This document shows, in pieces, positions 42,486-51,140 of a stretch of 64,000 nucleotides of DNA. The position numbers and the translations under genes were made by a program. The notes under the pieces were generated by a model that searched no databases, was not told where the DNA came from, and worked only from the letters and a program-made list of their open reading frames with translations. The stretch covers positions 6,438 to 70,437 of the forward strand of contig JBEGVB010000167.1 in the NCBI GenBank assembly GCA_041178545.1. The letters run 5' to 3'. How positions within the stretch are numbered: position 1 is the first letter of the stretch; every line of letters begins with the position of its first letter. Source of the DNA: Planctomycetota bacterium (GTDB lineage Bacteria > Planctomycetota > UBA1135 > UBA2386).

Positions 42486-43475
42486 ATGTCCAGACCCACG
42501 ATCGTCCTCGGGGACCGAAAGCCACCCGGCGAGGCCCTGGTGCGGGCCGCGCGCATCCTCGTCCCGCTCGCCATCCTGCCCATCGTCGCGCTCACGACGT
42601 TCTACACCGTGCCTGCCGAGTCGGTGGGCGTCGTGCAGCGGTTCGGGGCCTTCGTCGGCATCGAGGAGCCGGGACCCCACTTCCGCCTGCCGTTCGGCAT
42701 CGACAGCGTGTCGGTGGTGCCGGTGCGACGCCAGCTCAAGCTCGAGTTCGGCTTCGGCAGCCGCGACTACTCCAACCCGGACCAGGTGGGCGAGGACCCG
42801 CAGCGCGAGCGGTCGATGGTGACCGGGGACCTCAACTCGGCGATGGTCGAGTGGGTGGTGCAGTACCACATCTCCGACCCGCGGCTCTGGCTGTTCCACA
42901 CGCGGGACCCGGGCTGGACGCTGCGGGACCTCAGCGAAGCGGTCATGCGCGAGGTCGTGGGCGACCGCACCGTGGACGAGGTCATCACCGTGGGCCGCCA
43001 GGAAATCGAGTCAGCAGCGCTGGTGCGGCTGCGCGAACTCGCTTCGCAGTACCAGCTCGGCGTCGGGATCGACCTGCTGCAGCTCAAGAACGTGAATCCC
43101 CCGGAGCAGGTGCAGTCCTCGTTCAACGAGGTCAACAAGGCGCAACAGGACCGCGAGAACATGATCAACGTCGCCAACGGCGAGTACAACACGGTCGTGC
43201 CGCGTGCAGAGGGTGAGGCAGCGCAGAAGATCAGCGAGGCCGAGGGCTACAAGCTCAAGCGCGTGAACGAGGCATTGGGTGACGCCTCGGCGTTCCAGGC
43301 CGTGTTGGCGGAGTACGTGAAGGCGCCCGAGATCACGCGCACGCGGCTCTACCTCGAGACCATGGCCGAGGTGCTCTCGTCCGTGCAGGACAAGTGGATT
43401 GTCGACGAGCGCGTGACGCAATTGCTGCCCGTGCTCCAGCAGCCGTCCCCTGCGGCGACGGAGGTGCGCAAGTGA
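42486..43475 (+). CDS. hflK: FtsH protease modulator HflK (SPFH/band 7)
   Basis: One TM helix, then 'FYTVPAESVGVVQRFG', 'GPHFRLPFGIDSV', 'MVTGDLNSAMVEWVVQY', 'NVNPPEQVQSSFNEVNKAQQDRE' and 'AEGEAAQKISEAEGY'. An alternative start is at 42450. Confidence 0.88.
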   Translation: MSRPTIVLGDRKPPGEALVRAARILVPLAILPIVALTTFYTVPAESVGVVQRFGAFVGIEEPGPHFRLPFGIDSVSVVPVRRQLKLEFGFGSRDYSNPDQVGEDPQRERSMVTGDLNSAMVEWVVQYHISDPRLWLFHTRDPGWTLRDLSEAVMREVVGDRTVDEVITVGRQEIESAALVRLRELASQYQLGVGIDLLQLKNVNPPEQVQSSFNEVNKAQQDRENMINVANGEYNTVVPRAEGEAAQKISEAEGYKLKRVNEALGDASAFQAVLAEYVKAPEITRTRLYLETMAEVLSSVQDKWIVDERVTQLLPVLQQPSPAATEVRK

Positions 43476-44419
43476 GCCTCAAGAAGCTGTTCGTGGTCGC
43501 GATCGCGATCTTCCTGCTGATGCTGTTCGGCGGCGCCTTCTACACGGTGAGCGAGACGGACTGTGTCATCCGCACCGAGTTCGGCAGGCCCGTGGGCGAC
43601 CCGGTCACCGAGCCAGGCCTGCACTTCAAGTTGCCGTTCATCCAGAAGGTCAACCGGCTGGAGAAGCGGCTGCTCGAGTGGGACGGGCCGCCCGTGCAGA
43701 TGCCCACCAAGGAGAAGACCTTCATCGAGGTCGACACCTTCGCGCGGTGGCGCATCGTCGACCCGTCAAGGTACTTCGTCTCGCTGCGTGACGAACGGTC
43801 GGCCCAGTCGCGTCTCGAGGACATCATCGGCAGCGAGGTGAGGACCGCAGTGGCCTCGCACGAACTCATCGAGATCGTCCGCAACGACGTGAAGCGAGTC
43901 CTGCCGGTCGATGCGGCCAGCCAGGGTTCGGGCCAGTCCGCCGTGCCCTCGGCGCGGCGCGGTCGCCAGCTGGTCGAGAAGGACATCCTTGCCGCGGCAG
44001 CACCCAAGCTGCTGCCGCTGGGGATCGAGTTGATGGACGTGCGCATCAAGCGCGTGAACTACAACGCGGACGTGCTCACGCGCATCCACCAGCGCATGAT
44101 CAGCGAGCGCACCCAGATCGCCCAGCGTTTCCGTTCCGAGGGCGAGGGCGAGGCCGCCCGCATCCTGGGCCGCAAGGAGCTCAAGCTGCGCGAGCTCGAG
44201 TCCAAGGCATACCGCACCGTGCAGGAGACGCGTGGCACCGCCGATGCCGAGGCGACCAAGATCTATGCCGAGGCGTTCAACCAGACCACGGAGTCCCGTG
44301 CCTACTACGCCTACCTGAAGTCGCTGGAGACGCTCCGCAGCGTCCTCGGAGACGGTTCGAGGCTGGTCCTGTCCACGGACAGCGAGCTCTTCCACCTGCT
44401 CAAGCGGCCTGTCCGATGA
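43472..44419 (+). CDS. hflC: FtsH protease modulator HflC (SPFH/band 7)
   Basis: The GTG start overlaps the hflK stop (GTGA). 'AFYTVSETDCVIRTEFGRPV', 'GLHFKLPFIQKV', 'GIELMDVRIKRVNY' and 'SEGEGEAARI' are present. Confidence 0.88.
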   Translation: MSLKKLFVVAIAIFLLMLFGGAFYTVSETDCVIRTEFGRPVGDPVTEPGLHFKLPFIQKVNRLEKRLLEWDGPPVQMPTKEKTFIEVDTFARWRIVDPSRYFVSLRDERSAQSRLEDIIGSEVRTAVASHELIEIVRNDVKRVLPVDAASQGSGQSAVPSARRGRQLVEKDILAAAAPKLLPLGIELMDVRIKRVNYNADVLTRIHQRMISERTQIAQRFRSEGEGEAARILGRKELKLRELESKAYRTVQETRGTADAEATKIYAEAFNQTTESRAYYAYLKSLETLRSVLGDGSRLVLSTDSELFHLLKRPVR

Positions 44420-44475
44420 CCGGCAGGGCTGCCGTCCCCTGCATCTGCCACGGCATGGCCGTCGATAGGACAACC

Positions 44476-45117
44476 ATGGACCCCAGATGGGCTCGCGGTT
44501 TCCTCGTCTCCCTCCTGGTCGCGTTCGGTGCCATGGTGCTGCCCGCCCAGGCCGGAACCGATCCGAAGGGTTCCGAGAAGCCCCCCGCGGCCACTCCTGA
44601 CACGAGAGTTGCCCGGGCCAAGGACGGATCCTTCCCCGCGTCCGTGACCCTGCAGGGCAGCTCGTTGCAGCTCAATGGGGCAGGGCTCTGCGAGTGGGGG
44701 ATCTTCGGCATCGACCTGTACCACGGCGCCCTCTACGTGACCCGCAAGCCGGAGACCGCGAGTGAGGCGCTCACGGCCGACCAGGCCATGGCGATCCACC
44801 TCGATTTCTGCCGCGAACTCACCGCGGCCCAGCTGCGCGAGGCCTACACCGCCTCGGTCAAGGTGAACGCGGGCAAGGACCTTGCCCAGTACGAGCAGTC
44901 CCTCAAGGCCCTTTGTGACGCCATGGCGACGGTGAAGGAAGGGGACGCGTACACGTTCCTGCTGGTGCCCGAGCAAGGCACCAAGGTGCTGCGCAACGGC
45001 AAGGAGGTTGCCTCCATGCCGTGCGAGGACTTCCGCAAGCTGTTCGTCCGGCTCTACCTCGGCGACAAGCCGCCCACGGCCGAGTTGCGAAAGGCCATGC
45101 TGGGGGCGGCACGGTGA
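44476..45117 (+). CDS. Chalcone-isomerase-like (CHI-fold) periplasmic protein
   Basis: Signal peptide 'MDPRWARGFLVSLLVAFGAMVLPAQA'. 'LQLNGAGLCEWGIFGIDLYHGALYV' and 'FRKLFVRLYLGDKPPTAELRKAML' match the Chalcone_3/CHI-like pattern. An alternative ATG at 44416 overlaps the hflC stop (ATGA). Confidence 0.6.
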   Translation: MDPRWARGFLVSLLVAFGAMVLPAQAGTDPKGSEKPPAATPDTRVARAKDGSFPASVTLQGSSLQLNGAGLCEWGIFGIDLYHGALYVTRKPETASEALTADQAMAIHLDFCRELTAAQLREAYTASVKVNAGKDLAQYEQSLKALCDAMATVKEGDAYTFLLVPEQGTKVLRNGKEVASMPCEDFRKLFVRLYLGDKPPTAELRKAMLGAAR

Positions 45118-45689
45118 CCGAGGTTCCGCGAGCGGCCCGCAAGGGTTTGGTCAGCGCACTCGGTGCCTTCCTCGCATCGTGTGCCTCGCACCCGCCCTTG
45201 CCCACGGTGCCTGCCGTGGACCTGCAGCGCTTCATGGGGGACTGGTATGTCGTGGCCCATGTCCCGGCTGGTGCCGAGGCCGAGGCCCACAACGCAGTCG
45301 AGTCCTACCGCCTCGAGCCGGACGGCACGATCGCGACCACCTATGTGTTCCGCGAGGGCGGCTTCGACGGCGAACTGGTGGTCATGGAGCCCAACGGCGT
45401 GGTGCGGGACACGAGCACGAATGCCACGTGGGGCATGCAGTTCTTCTGGCCGCTGCGGTTCGAGTACCTGATCACCTGGCTCGACCCCGAGTACCAGACC
45501 ACCATCATCGCCCGCACCCGCAGGGACTACGCGTGGATCATGGCCCGCAGGCCCGACCTCGACCCGAAGGTCATGGCACAGCTCGAGACCGAGCTGATGC
45601 GTCAGGGGTACGACATGACACGACTGCGCCGGGTGCCACACCGTTGGCCCGACCCGGGCCACCCGGTTCGTCCCGCTGCCCAGGAGTGA
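45114..45689 (+). CDS. blc: Bacterial lipocalin (Blc-like) lipoprotein
   Basis: The GTG start overlaps the upstream stop (GTGA). Lipobox 'GAFLASC'. 'VDLQRFMGDWYVVAHVP', 'YLITWLDPEYQTTIIARTRRDYAWIMARRP' and 'GYDMTRLRRV' are the Blc signature. Confidence 0.8.
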   Translation: MTEVPRAARKGLVSALGAFLASCASHPPLPTVPAVDLQRFMGDWYVVAHVPAGAEAEAHNAVESYRLEPDGTIATTYVFREGGFDGELVVMEPNGVVRDTSTNATWGMQFFWPLRFEYLITWLDPEYQTTIIARTRRDYAWIMARRPDLDPKVMAQLETELMRQGYDMTRLRRVPHRWPDPGHPVRPAAQE

Positions 45690-45729
45690 CCAGTAGCGCA
45701 CCGCCTGCAGCAGGTGCAGCGGCCGCGGG

Positions 45730-47304
45730 TCACTTCGCCTGGCCCGGCGGGGCAGGGTCCTCGTCGCGCAACTCGAGGGTCCAGGTGCCCTCGTCAGCCA
45801 GGGCGCGGACCAGCTTGCCCGACCAAGTGCGACCGCCGCGCTGTTGCTGTGCGAACACCACGAACTGCCGTCCTTCCGGCAGCCCCGGGAACTCGAACCA
45901 GCCCTGTGCGTCGGCGCGCGTGCTGCGTTCGCGCGGCAACAGCCTTGCTCCTGGGTCGCGCAGGGTCACCACGGCGCCAGCGGCAGGCTGGTCGTCCGCG
46001 ACCACGGCCCTGCCGCGCAACCGCACGCCGGTGGTGAGCCGCAGCTCTGGCTGGAGGACCTGCGGACCGATGGCGAGTCCCTCGCATGCGTAGCGGGGGT
46101 CGACGGCTGCGACGACGGCCTCTGGGTATGCGAGCGGTGCGCGTGCCATGCCCTTCGCGTCGGTGCGCAACAGCACCGCACTGGCACTCGCGAGCGACGC
46201 GTCGAGCATCCGCAGGTCGACACCCGGTGCCGGGCTGCCGTCGGGGCGGAGCACCCGGATGGTGCGCGGCACGGGTGCACTCATGTGCAACTGCGAGCGG
46301 GTCGCAGAGGCGGGCAACGGCTGTGCCCGGGGCGCGAGGCCCTCGGCCTCCACCACGAGCCACGTGTCGACCAGTTGCTCCTGCACGGGCACCGTTGCGA
46401 GTCCACGCTCGTCCGTCTGCACACGGGCAGCCACGAGGTGGCTCGCGTCGGCCCGCTGCGTCGTCAGCCACACGGTGGCGCCCCGCAGCGGTGTTCCCTC
46501 GGCAGACACCACCTCGACGCGGTGCGGGCGCACGCGGGGCGGTGTGCCCTCGGGGGCGGTTCCCAGCGGCACGATGGAGCCGTCGGGCCACACCTGGGCG
46601 AGCGGCGCCTCGGCAGCGGGCCCGCACAGCGTGATCGTGCCGCCGCCGGTCCCCAGCAGCTCCACCTCGGGCCAGTCCGCGGCGACGACCCGGTGGGTGC
46701 CGTCTCCCTGGATGCGCCGCCGTGGCTCCTGCGCCTGGAGTTGGAGTGTCTCGCCGGGCAGCGGACGGATGCGTTGCCACTGTGCGATGCCGTCCAACAG
46801 CGTCCAGACCTCCTGTTCCACCGCAGCGAGGCGGAGCACGTTGGCCCGTGCACGAGTGCTCCATTCCGTGCGGTCGGACCCGCGCACGGAGAGCCAGAAC
46901 GTGGTCGGTTCGCCCTCCGGTGCGCGCAGGTCCGCGCAAGGAACGAGTTCGAGCCGCACCGGGTCACCGGGGTGGACGGGCGCAGCAAGCGCAGCGAGCC
47001 CACTGGCGGTTGATGCGACGAGCAGTCCCGGTGCATCGGGGCACGGCAGCCGGAACTCACCTCTTGCGTCGGCGCTGCCTTCGACCGCAGCCGGGCGCGC
47101 CTGCCAGGCCCCCAGGGCCTCGAGGCGGGCCAGCGGGGCGGGCGCGAACCAGATGGTTGCGTTGCGGGCCGGCTGCAGGTCCTGCGTGCGCAGGATGCCG
47201 ACGACCTCGGGGCCCTCTTGTGCGGCGGCTCGGGGGCCCAGCGCGGCGACCAGCGCAAACAGGCACGGAGCCAGACTCCGTGCTGCATCTACGGGCTGCA
47301 GCAT
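45730..47304 (-). CDS. Secreted hypothetical protein with carboxypeptidase-regulatory-like repeats
   Basis: Signal-like 'MLQPVDAARSLAPCLFALVAALGPRAAAQ' from ATG 47304. Several 'G.V...dG.P..gA.V.l.......T.tDa.G.f.f' modules are present (for example 'GAVVTLRDPGARLLPRERSTRADAQGWFEFPGLPEG'). Confidence 0.5.
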   Translation of the reverse strand: MLQPVDAARSLAPCLFALVAALGPRAAAQEGPEVVGILRTQDLQPARNATIWFAPAPLARLEALGAWQARPAAVEGSADARGEFRLPCPDAPGLLVASTASGLAALAAPVHPGDPVRLELVPCADLRAPEGEPTTFWLSVRGSDRTEWSTRARANVLRLAAVEQEVWTLLDGIAQWQRIRPLPGETLQLQAQEPRRRIQGDGTHRVVAADWPEVELLGTGGGTITLCGPAAEAPLAQVWPDGSIVPLGTAPEGTPPRVRPHRVEVVSAEGTPLRGATVWLTTQRADASHLVAARVQTDERGLATVPVQEQLVDTWLVVEAEGLAPRAQPLPASATRSQLHMSAPVPRTIRVLRPDGSPAPGVDLRMLDASLASASAVLLRTDAKGMARAPLAYPEAVVAAVDPRYACEGLAIGPQVLQPELRLTTGVRLRGRAVVADDQPAAGAVVTLRDPGARLLPRERSTRADAQGWFEFPGLPEGRQFVVFAQQQRGGRTWSGKLVRALADEGTWTLELRDEDPAPPGQAK

Positions 47305-47374
47305 CACCGCAGCAACGTGGCCGAAGCGAGGCTGGTTCACAAGGGGCGCCCCGTGGTGCACGGGCGGCGCCCGG

Positions 47375-48025
47375 TCAGGAGGGCAGGTCCTCGCGCTTCG
47401 TGATCACCTTGGCCACGAGCCCGTACTCGAGTGCCTGCGGCGCGTCGAGCCAGAAGTCGCGGCGGGCGGCTTCCAGCACGTCCTCCGGCTTCTTGCCGCA
47501 CGCGTCGGCAATGATGCGGTTGTAGCGGTCGCGCAGCTTGATGACCTCCTTGGCCGTGATGTCCAGGTCGCTGGCAGTGCCGCGGCCCATGGTCGAGGGC
47601 TGGTGGATCATGAAACGTGCTTCCGGCATGCAGAAGCGGCGCTTCTTGTCGGCTGCGAGGTGGATGAGGATGCCCGCGGAGGCGCACAGGCCGTTCACCA
47701 CCGTCGTGACCGGCGGCTTGACGAACCGGAGCAGGTCGTAGATGGCGAAGCCCGCGTCGGCAGAGCCGCCGGGGGAGTTGATCAGAACCGTGACCGGCTT
47801 CTTCGCGTCCTTGGCCTCCATGGCGAGGAGGCGGATGGTCGCGTCCTTCAGCATCTGGTCGGTGACCGGCCCGCTGATCAGGATGGTGCGGGAGTCGATC
47901 AGGCTCTTCTCGAGGTAGCTCATGACGCCGCCTGCGGGGGCGTTGCCGTGGCCGCAGCCCTCGCCCTCCTCGTCGTCGTCCTCGTTGCGGAAGAGGTTGG
48001 GGTCCAGTGCGCTGGGGTCGATCAT
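47375..48025 (-). CDS. clpP: ATP-dependent Clp protease proteolytic subunit (S14 family) with acidic N-terminal extension
   Basis: 'RTILISGPVTD', 'VLINSPGGSADAGFAIYD' and 'GLCASAGILI' (Ser) are followed by 'FMIHQP' (His), 'RRDFWLDAPQALEYGLV' (Asp). Start at ATG 48025 inside track ORF 47375..48322. Confidence 0.85.
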   Translation of the reverse strand: MIDPSALDPNLFRNEDDDEEGEGCGHGNAPAGGVMSYLEKSLIDSRTILISGPVTDQMLKDATIRLLAMEAKDAKKPVTVLINSPGGSADAGFAIYDLLRFVKPPVTTVVNGLCASAGILIHLAADKKRRFCMPEARFMIHQPSTMGRGTASDLDITAKEVIKLRDRYNRIIADACGKKPEDVLEAARRDFWLDAPQALEYGLVAKVITKREDLPS

Positions 48026-48605
48026 CGTGTGGTTGTTTCGGAGTTTCGCGGGGTCCGGGTTGAGCCCGCAGCACCGCATTTGGCCCGTCGATAGCCCATC
48101 GGCATGGGCGGTGCAAGCAAGCCGTCGGTCCCGGCTCCCATGCAAAGGTCGTAGGATTGTCGAGCCCTGGTCTTGCGCGTGGGTTCGCGTGGGGCTAGCT
48201 TCTGGAACCGTCCTTGGGCGAGTTGGCGGACCCGCCAGCTGGCCACGGACACTTGCCGCGCGATCCGCGAGTTGGAGCGGGTCGACCTCGCAGGCGCGAT
48301 CCCCCCGAAGTCCGTGCTTCATGGAAGTCGTGACTTCCGGGGTGACATGCCCGGGGACGGCAAGACCGGCTGGAGATGGAATCCCGCCGGAGCCGGGTCA
48401 GGAAGTTCCTGCCCCGGGTCACCATGTTGGCCAACGCCCGACCTGCGATCCGAGCAGGGGCTGCAGCTGGCGAGCTGTAGGCACGATGGGTGCAACATGG
48501 CGTGAGATCCTGGTCGCCACCGGGATGCAGTGGGCCCGACGGGCCTTCCCGGTCCTCCACGGTCTCGGCGCAAACAGTGCGCAGGGCACGGCGGGGCCGA
48601 GTGCG

Positions 48606-48630
48606 TGCAGCAGGAGTTCGTCCTGCTGCA
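48606..48630 (+). promoter_or_regulatory. Perfect 10-bp hairpin in the rho leader, 17 nt upstream of the rho ATG
   Basis: TGCAGCAGGA-GTTCG-TCCTGCTGCA, immediately followed by GTCAGGAAAGCAAGAGC-ATG, where AGGAAAG is a likely Shine-Dalgarno sequence. Confidence 0.35.
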
Positions 48631-48647
48631 GTCAGGAAAGCAAGAGC

Positions 48648-50087
48648 ATGGTCGAGAGCGACTTTGGTGGAGACATGGCACCTGCCGCCGAGGACGGTGG
48701 CGGCGGCGGTGGTGACCGCAGGCGTTGGCGCGGTGGCCGGAGGCGGCGCCGCAGGCGCGGAGGCGGCGGCGGCGGCGGCCCGCAGGGCGGCGGCTTCGGC
48801 GGCGGCGGTGGCGGCGGCGGCTATGGCAACGGGGGTGGCGGCGGCTACGGCAACGGCTACTCCGGCCAGGGCGGCGGTGGCGGCTATGGCGGCGGTGGTG
48901 CACCGCAGGGTCAGGCCGGCCCGCAGGAGCCCCTCACCTTCGAGGAGCCGCTCGAAGACGTCGTGGGCGTGCTCGAGTACACCAAGGAGGGCAACGGTTG
49001 GCTGCGCAAGCGCAGCAACAGCTACCTCCCCGACTCCATCCCCGGTGGCGACGCGTTCGTCCCCGGCGCACTGATCCGGGCGAACCGCATCCTCGAGGGC
49101 AGTGAACTCGTGGGCAAGGCCGGCATCCCGAGCCGCGGCCACCAGCGCCTCACGCTCGCCTCGATCGAGCAGATCGACGGCATGTCCCCCGAGGACTCCA
49201 AGCTGCGCAAGACGTTCAAGGACCTCACGGTCATCGACCCCGAGCCCATGTTCGTGCTGGCGCCTGGCGACGACGAGGACGTGAGCCTCCGCATCATCGA
49301 CCTGCTCTGCCCGATCGGGAAGGGACAGCGCGGACTCATCGTCGCGCCGCCTCGTTCCGGCAAGACGGTGCTGATGCAGAAGATCTGCCACGCCATCAGC
49401 GCGCACTACCCCGAGGTCTACCTCATGGTGCTCCTCATCGACGAGCGCCCCGAGGAGGCCACGGGCTGGAAGCGCAGCCTCGAGGGCCAGAACCGCGAGG
49501 TGCTCGTCTCGACGCTCGACGAGGGGCCCAAGCACCACATCGAGGTGAGCGAGATGTGCATGAAGCGCGCCCAGCGCCTCGTCGAGGCCGGGCACGACGT
49601 CGTGATCCTGCTCGACTCGATCACGCGGCTCACGCGCGCCTACAACAGCTTCCTCGGCGGGCGTGGCGGCCACACCATGTCGGGCGGCATCGGCGCCAAG
49701 GTGCTCGAGGTGCCGAAGAAGTTCTTCGGCGCCGCGCGCAACTGCGAGGAGGGCGGGTCCCTGACGATCCTGGCCACCACCCTGGTGGACACGGGTTCGC
49801 GCATGGACCAGGTCATCTTCGAGGAGTTCAAGGGCACCGGCAACATGGAGCTGGTCCTCAACCGCCAGCTGGCGGAACGCCGCGTGTTCCCCGCCATCGA
49901 CATCGAGATGTCGGGCACGCGCAAGGAGGAACTGCTCCTCGGCAAGGACACGACACAGCGCATCTACACGCTGCGTCGCGTGCTGGCCCGCATGAACACC
50001 TTGGACTCCATGCCGCTCCTCATCGACCGGCTGGAGAAGACCGACAGCAACCAGCAGTTCCTCGACTCCTTCCGCCTCGACGACTGA
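48648..50087 (+). CDS. rho: Transcription termination factor Rho with N-terminal Arg/Gly/Tyr-rich low-complexity domain
   Basis: 'RIIDLLCPIGKGQRGLIVAPPRSGKTVLMQ' (Walker A), 'LIDERPEE', 'VVILLDSITRLTRAYN', 'LTILATTLVDTGSRMDQVIFEEFKGTGNMELVL.R.LAERRVFPAIDI..SGTRKEELL' are canonical Rho motifs. Start at ATG 48648 inside track ORF 47922..50087. Confidence 0.93.
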   Translation: MVESDFGGDMAPAAEDGGGGGGDRRRWRGGRRRRRRRGGGGGGGPQGGGFGGGGGGGGYGNGGGGGYGNGYSGQGGGGGYGGGGAPQGQAGPQEPLTFEEPLEDVVGVLEYTKEGNGWLRKRSNSYLPDSIPGGDAFVPGALIRANRILEGSELVGKAGIPSRGHQRLTLASIEQIDGMSPEDSKLRKTFKDLTVIDPEPMFVLAPGDDEDVSLRIIDLLCPIGKGQRGLIVAPPRSGKTVLMQKICHAISAHYPEVYLMVLLIDERPEEATGWKRSLEGQNREVLVSTLDEGPKHHIEVSEMCMKRAQRLVEAGHDVVILLDSITRLTRAYNSFLGGRGGHTMSGGIGAKVLEVPKKFFGAARNCEEGGSLTILATTLVDTGSRMDQVIFEEFKGTGNMELVLNRQLAERRVFPAIDIEMSGTRKEELLLGKDTTQRIYTLRRVLARMNTLDSMPLLIDRLEKTDSNQQFLDSFRLDD

Positions 50088-50186
50088 ACGGGAGCACGCG
50101 GGCCGGGAGCAATCCGGGCCCACGTGCGTCTCGGCGCCCCGGCAAAGCGGCCCGGGTCCCAGGGCCGCGCAACCTCGTCCCTGACC

Positions 50187-51140
50187 ATGATCGAAGTAGA
50201 CAAGCTGCAGAAGACCTACGGCTTCGCGCGCGCCCTGAAGGGGATCTCCTTCTCGGTGGCGCGGGGCGAAGTGGTCGGCTTCCTCGGCCCCAACGGCGCA
50301 GGCAAGTCCACCACGATGAAGATCCTGACCGGCTACCTGCTGCCCACGGGCGGCAGGGCCTCCATCGCCGGGCTCGACGTGGTCGAGCAGTCGCTGGAGG
50401 TGCGCCGCCGGATCGGCTACCTGCCCGAGTCGACGCCGCTCTACGGCGAGATGCGGGTGGACGACTACCTGCGGTTCTGTGCCGAGATCCGGGGCGTGGA
50501 GACGGCAAGGCTGCGCACCGCCGTCGGGCGCGCGGTGGAGCTGTGCGGGCTGCAGCGGGTGCTGGGCAAGAACATCGTCGAGCTCTCCAAGGGCTACAAG
50601 CAGCGCGTGGGCCTCGCCCAGGCGATGGTGCACGAGCCGGAGGTGCTGGTCCTCGACGAGCCCACCAGCGGCCTCGACCCCAACCAGATCGTCGAGGTGC
50701 GCAGGCTCATCGAGCAACTGGGACAGCAGCACACCGTGATCCTCTCGACGCACTACCTGCAGGAGGTCGAGAAGTCCTGCTCGCGCGTCGTCATCATCAG
50801 CCAAGGCAGCATCGTGGCGGACGACACCAAGGACGCCCTGGTGCAGAAGGCGCCCAAGGGCACGCTGCACGCGCGCATCCGCGGTCCGGTGGAGCGCGTC
50901 GAGTCGCAGCTCCGCGAGCTCTTCCCCAGCCGCACCGTCGCGGTGGTGGAGCGCGAGGGGGACACGGCGCTCTACTCGGTGGACTGTGGCGACTCGCGCG
51001 GTCCTGTCGAGGAGTCGCTCTCCCGTCTTGTGCTCAAGAACGAATGGGGCCTGCTCGAGCTGGGCAGGCAGCGGGGTTCGCTGGAGGACGTGTTCCGCAG
51101 CCTGACCCTCGAAGCGAGCAAGGAGGCCATGAATGCGTGA
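50187..51140 (+). CDS. ABC transporter ATP-binding protein (GldA/ABC-2 type)
   Basis: 'GFLGPNGAGKSTTMKIL', 'LSKGYKQRVGLAQAM' and 'LVLDEPTSGLDP'. Start at the internal ATG 50187 (MIEVDKLQKTYG). Confidence 0.9.
   Translation: MIEVDKLQKTYGFARALKGISFSVARGEVVGFLGPNGAGKSTTMKILTGYLLPTGGRASIAGLDVVEQSLEVRRRIGYLPESTPLYGEMRVDDYLRFCAEIRGVETARLRTAVGRAVELCGLQRVLGKNIVELSKGYKQRVGLAQAMVHEPEVLVLDEPTSGLDPNQIVEVRRLIEQLGQQHTVILSTHYLQEVEKSCSRVVIISQGSIVADDTKDALVQKAPKGTLHARIRGPVERVESQLRELFPSRTVAVVEREGDTALYSVDCGDSRGPVEESLSRLVLKNEWGLLELGRQRGSLEDVFRSLTLEASKEAMNA

Noticed and set aside
48300-48430. RNase P RNA, SRP RNA or 6S RNA gene in the clpP-rho intergenic region
   Set aside because: Fragments such as 'GAAGTCCG' and 'GGGTCAGGAAG' superficially resemble the RNase P CR-I and SRP domain IV motifs. 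The remaining universally conserved blocks (for example AGGGTGAAA...GGTAAGAGCGCACC, ACAGAACCCGGCTTA, GGAAGCAGCC) are absent on both strands.
48195-50870. 891-aa minus-strand ORF opposite rho and the ABC ATPase
   Set aside because: It is antisense to canonical Rho and ABC ATPase genes and has a low-complexity Arg/Ala/Leu/His composition.
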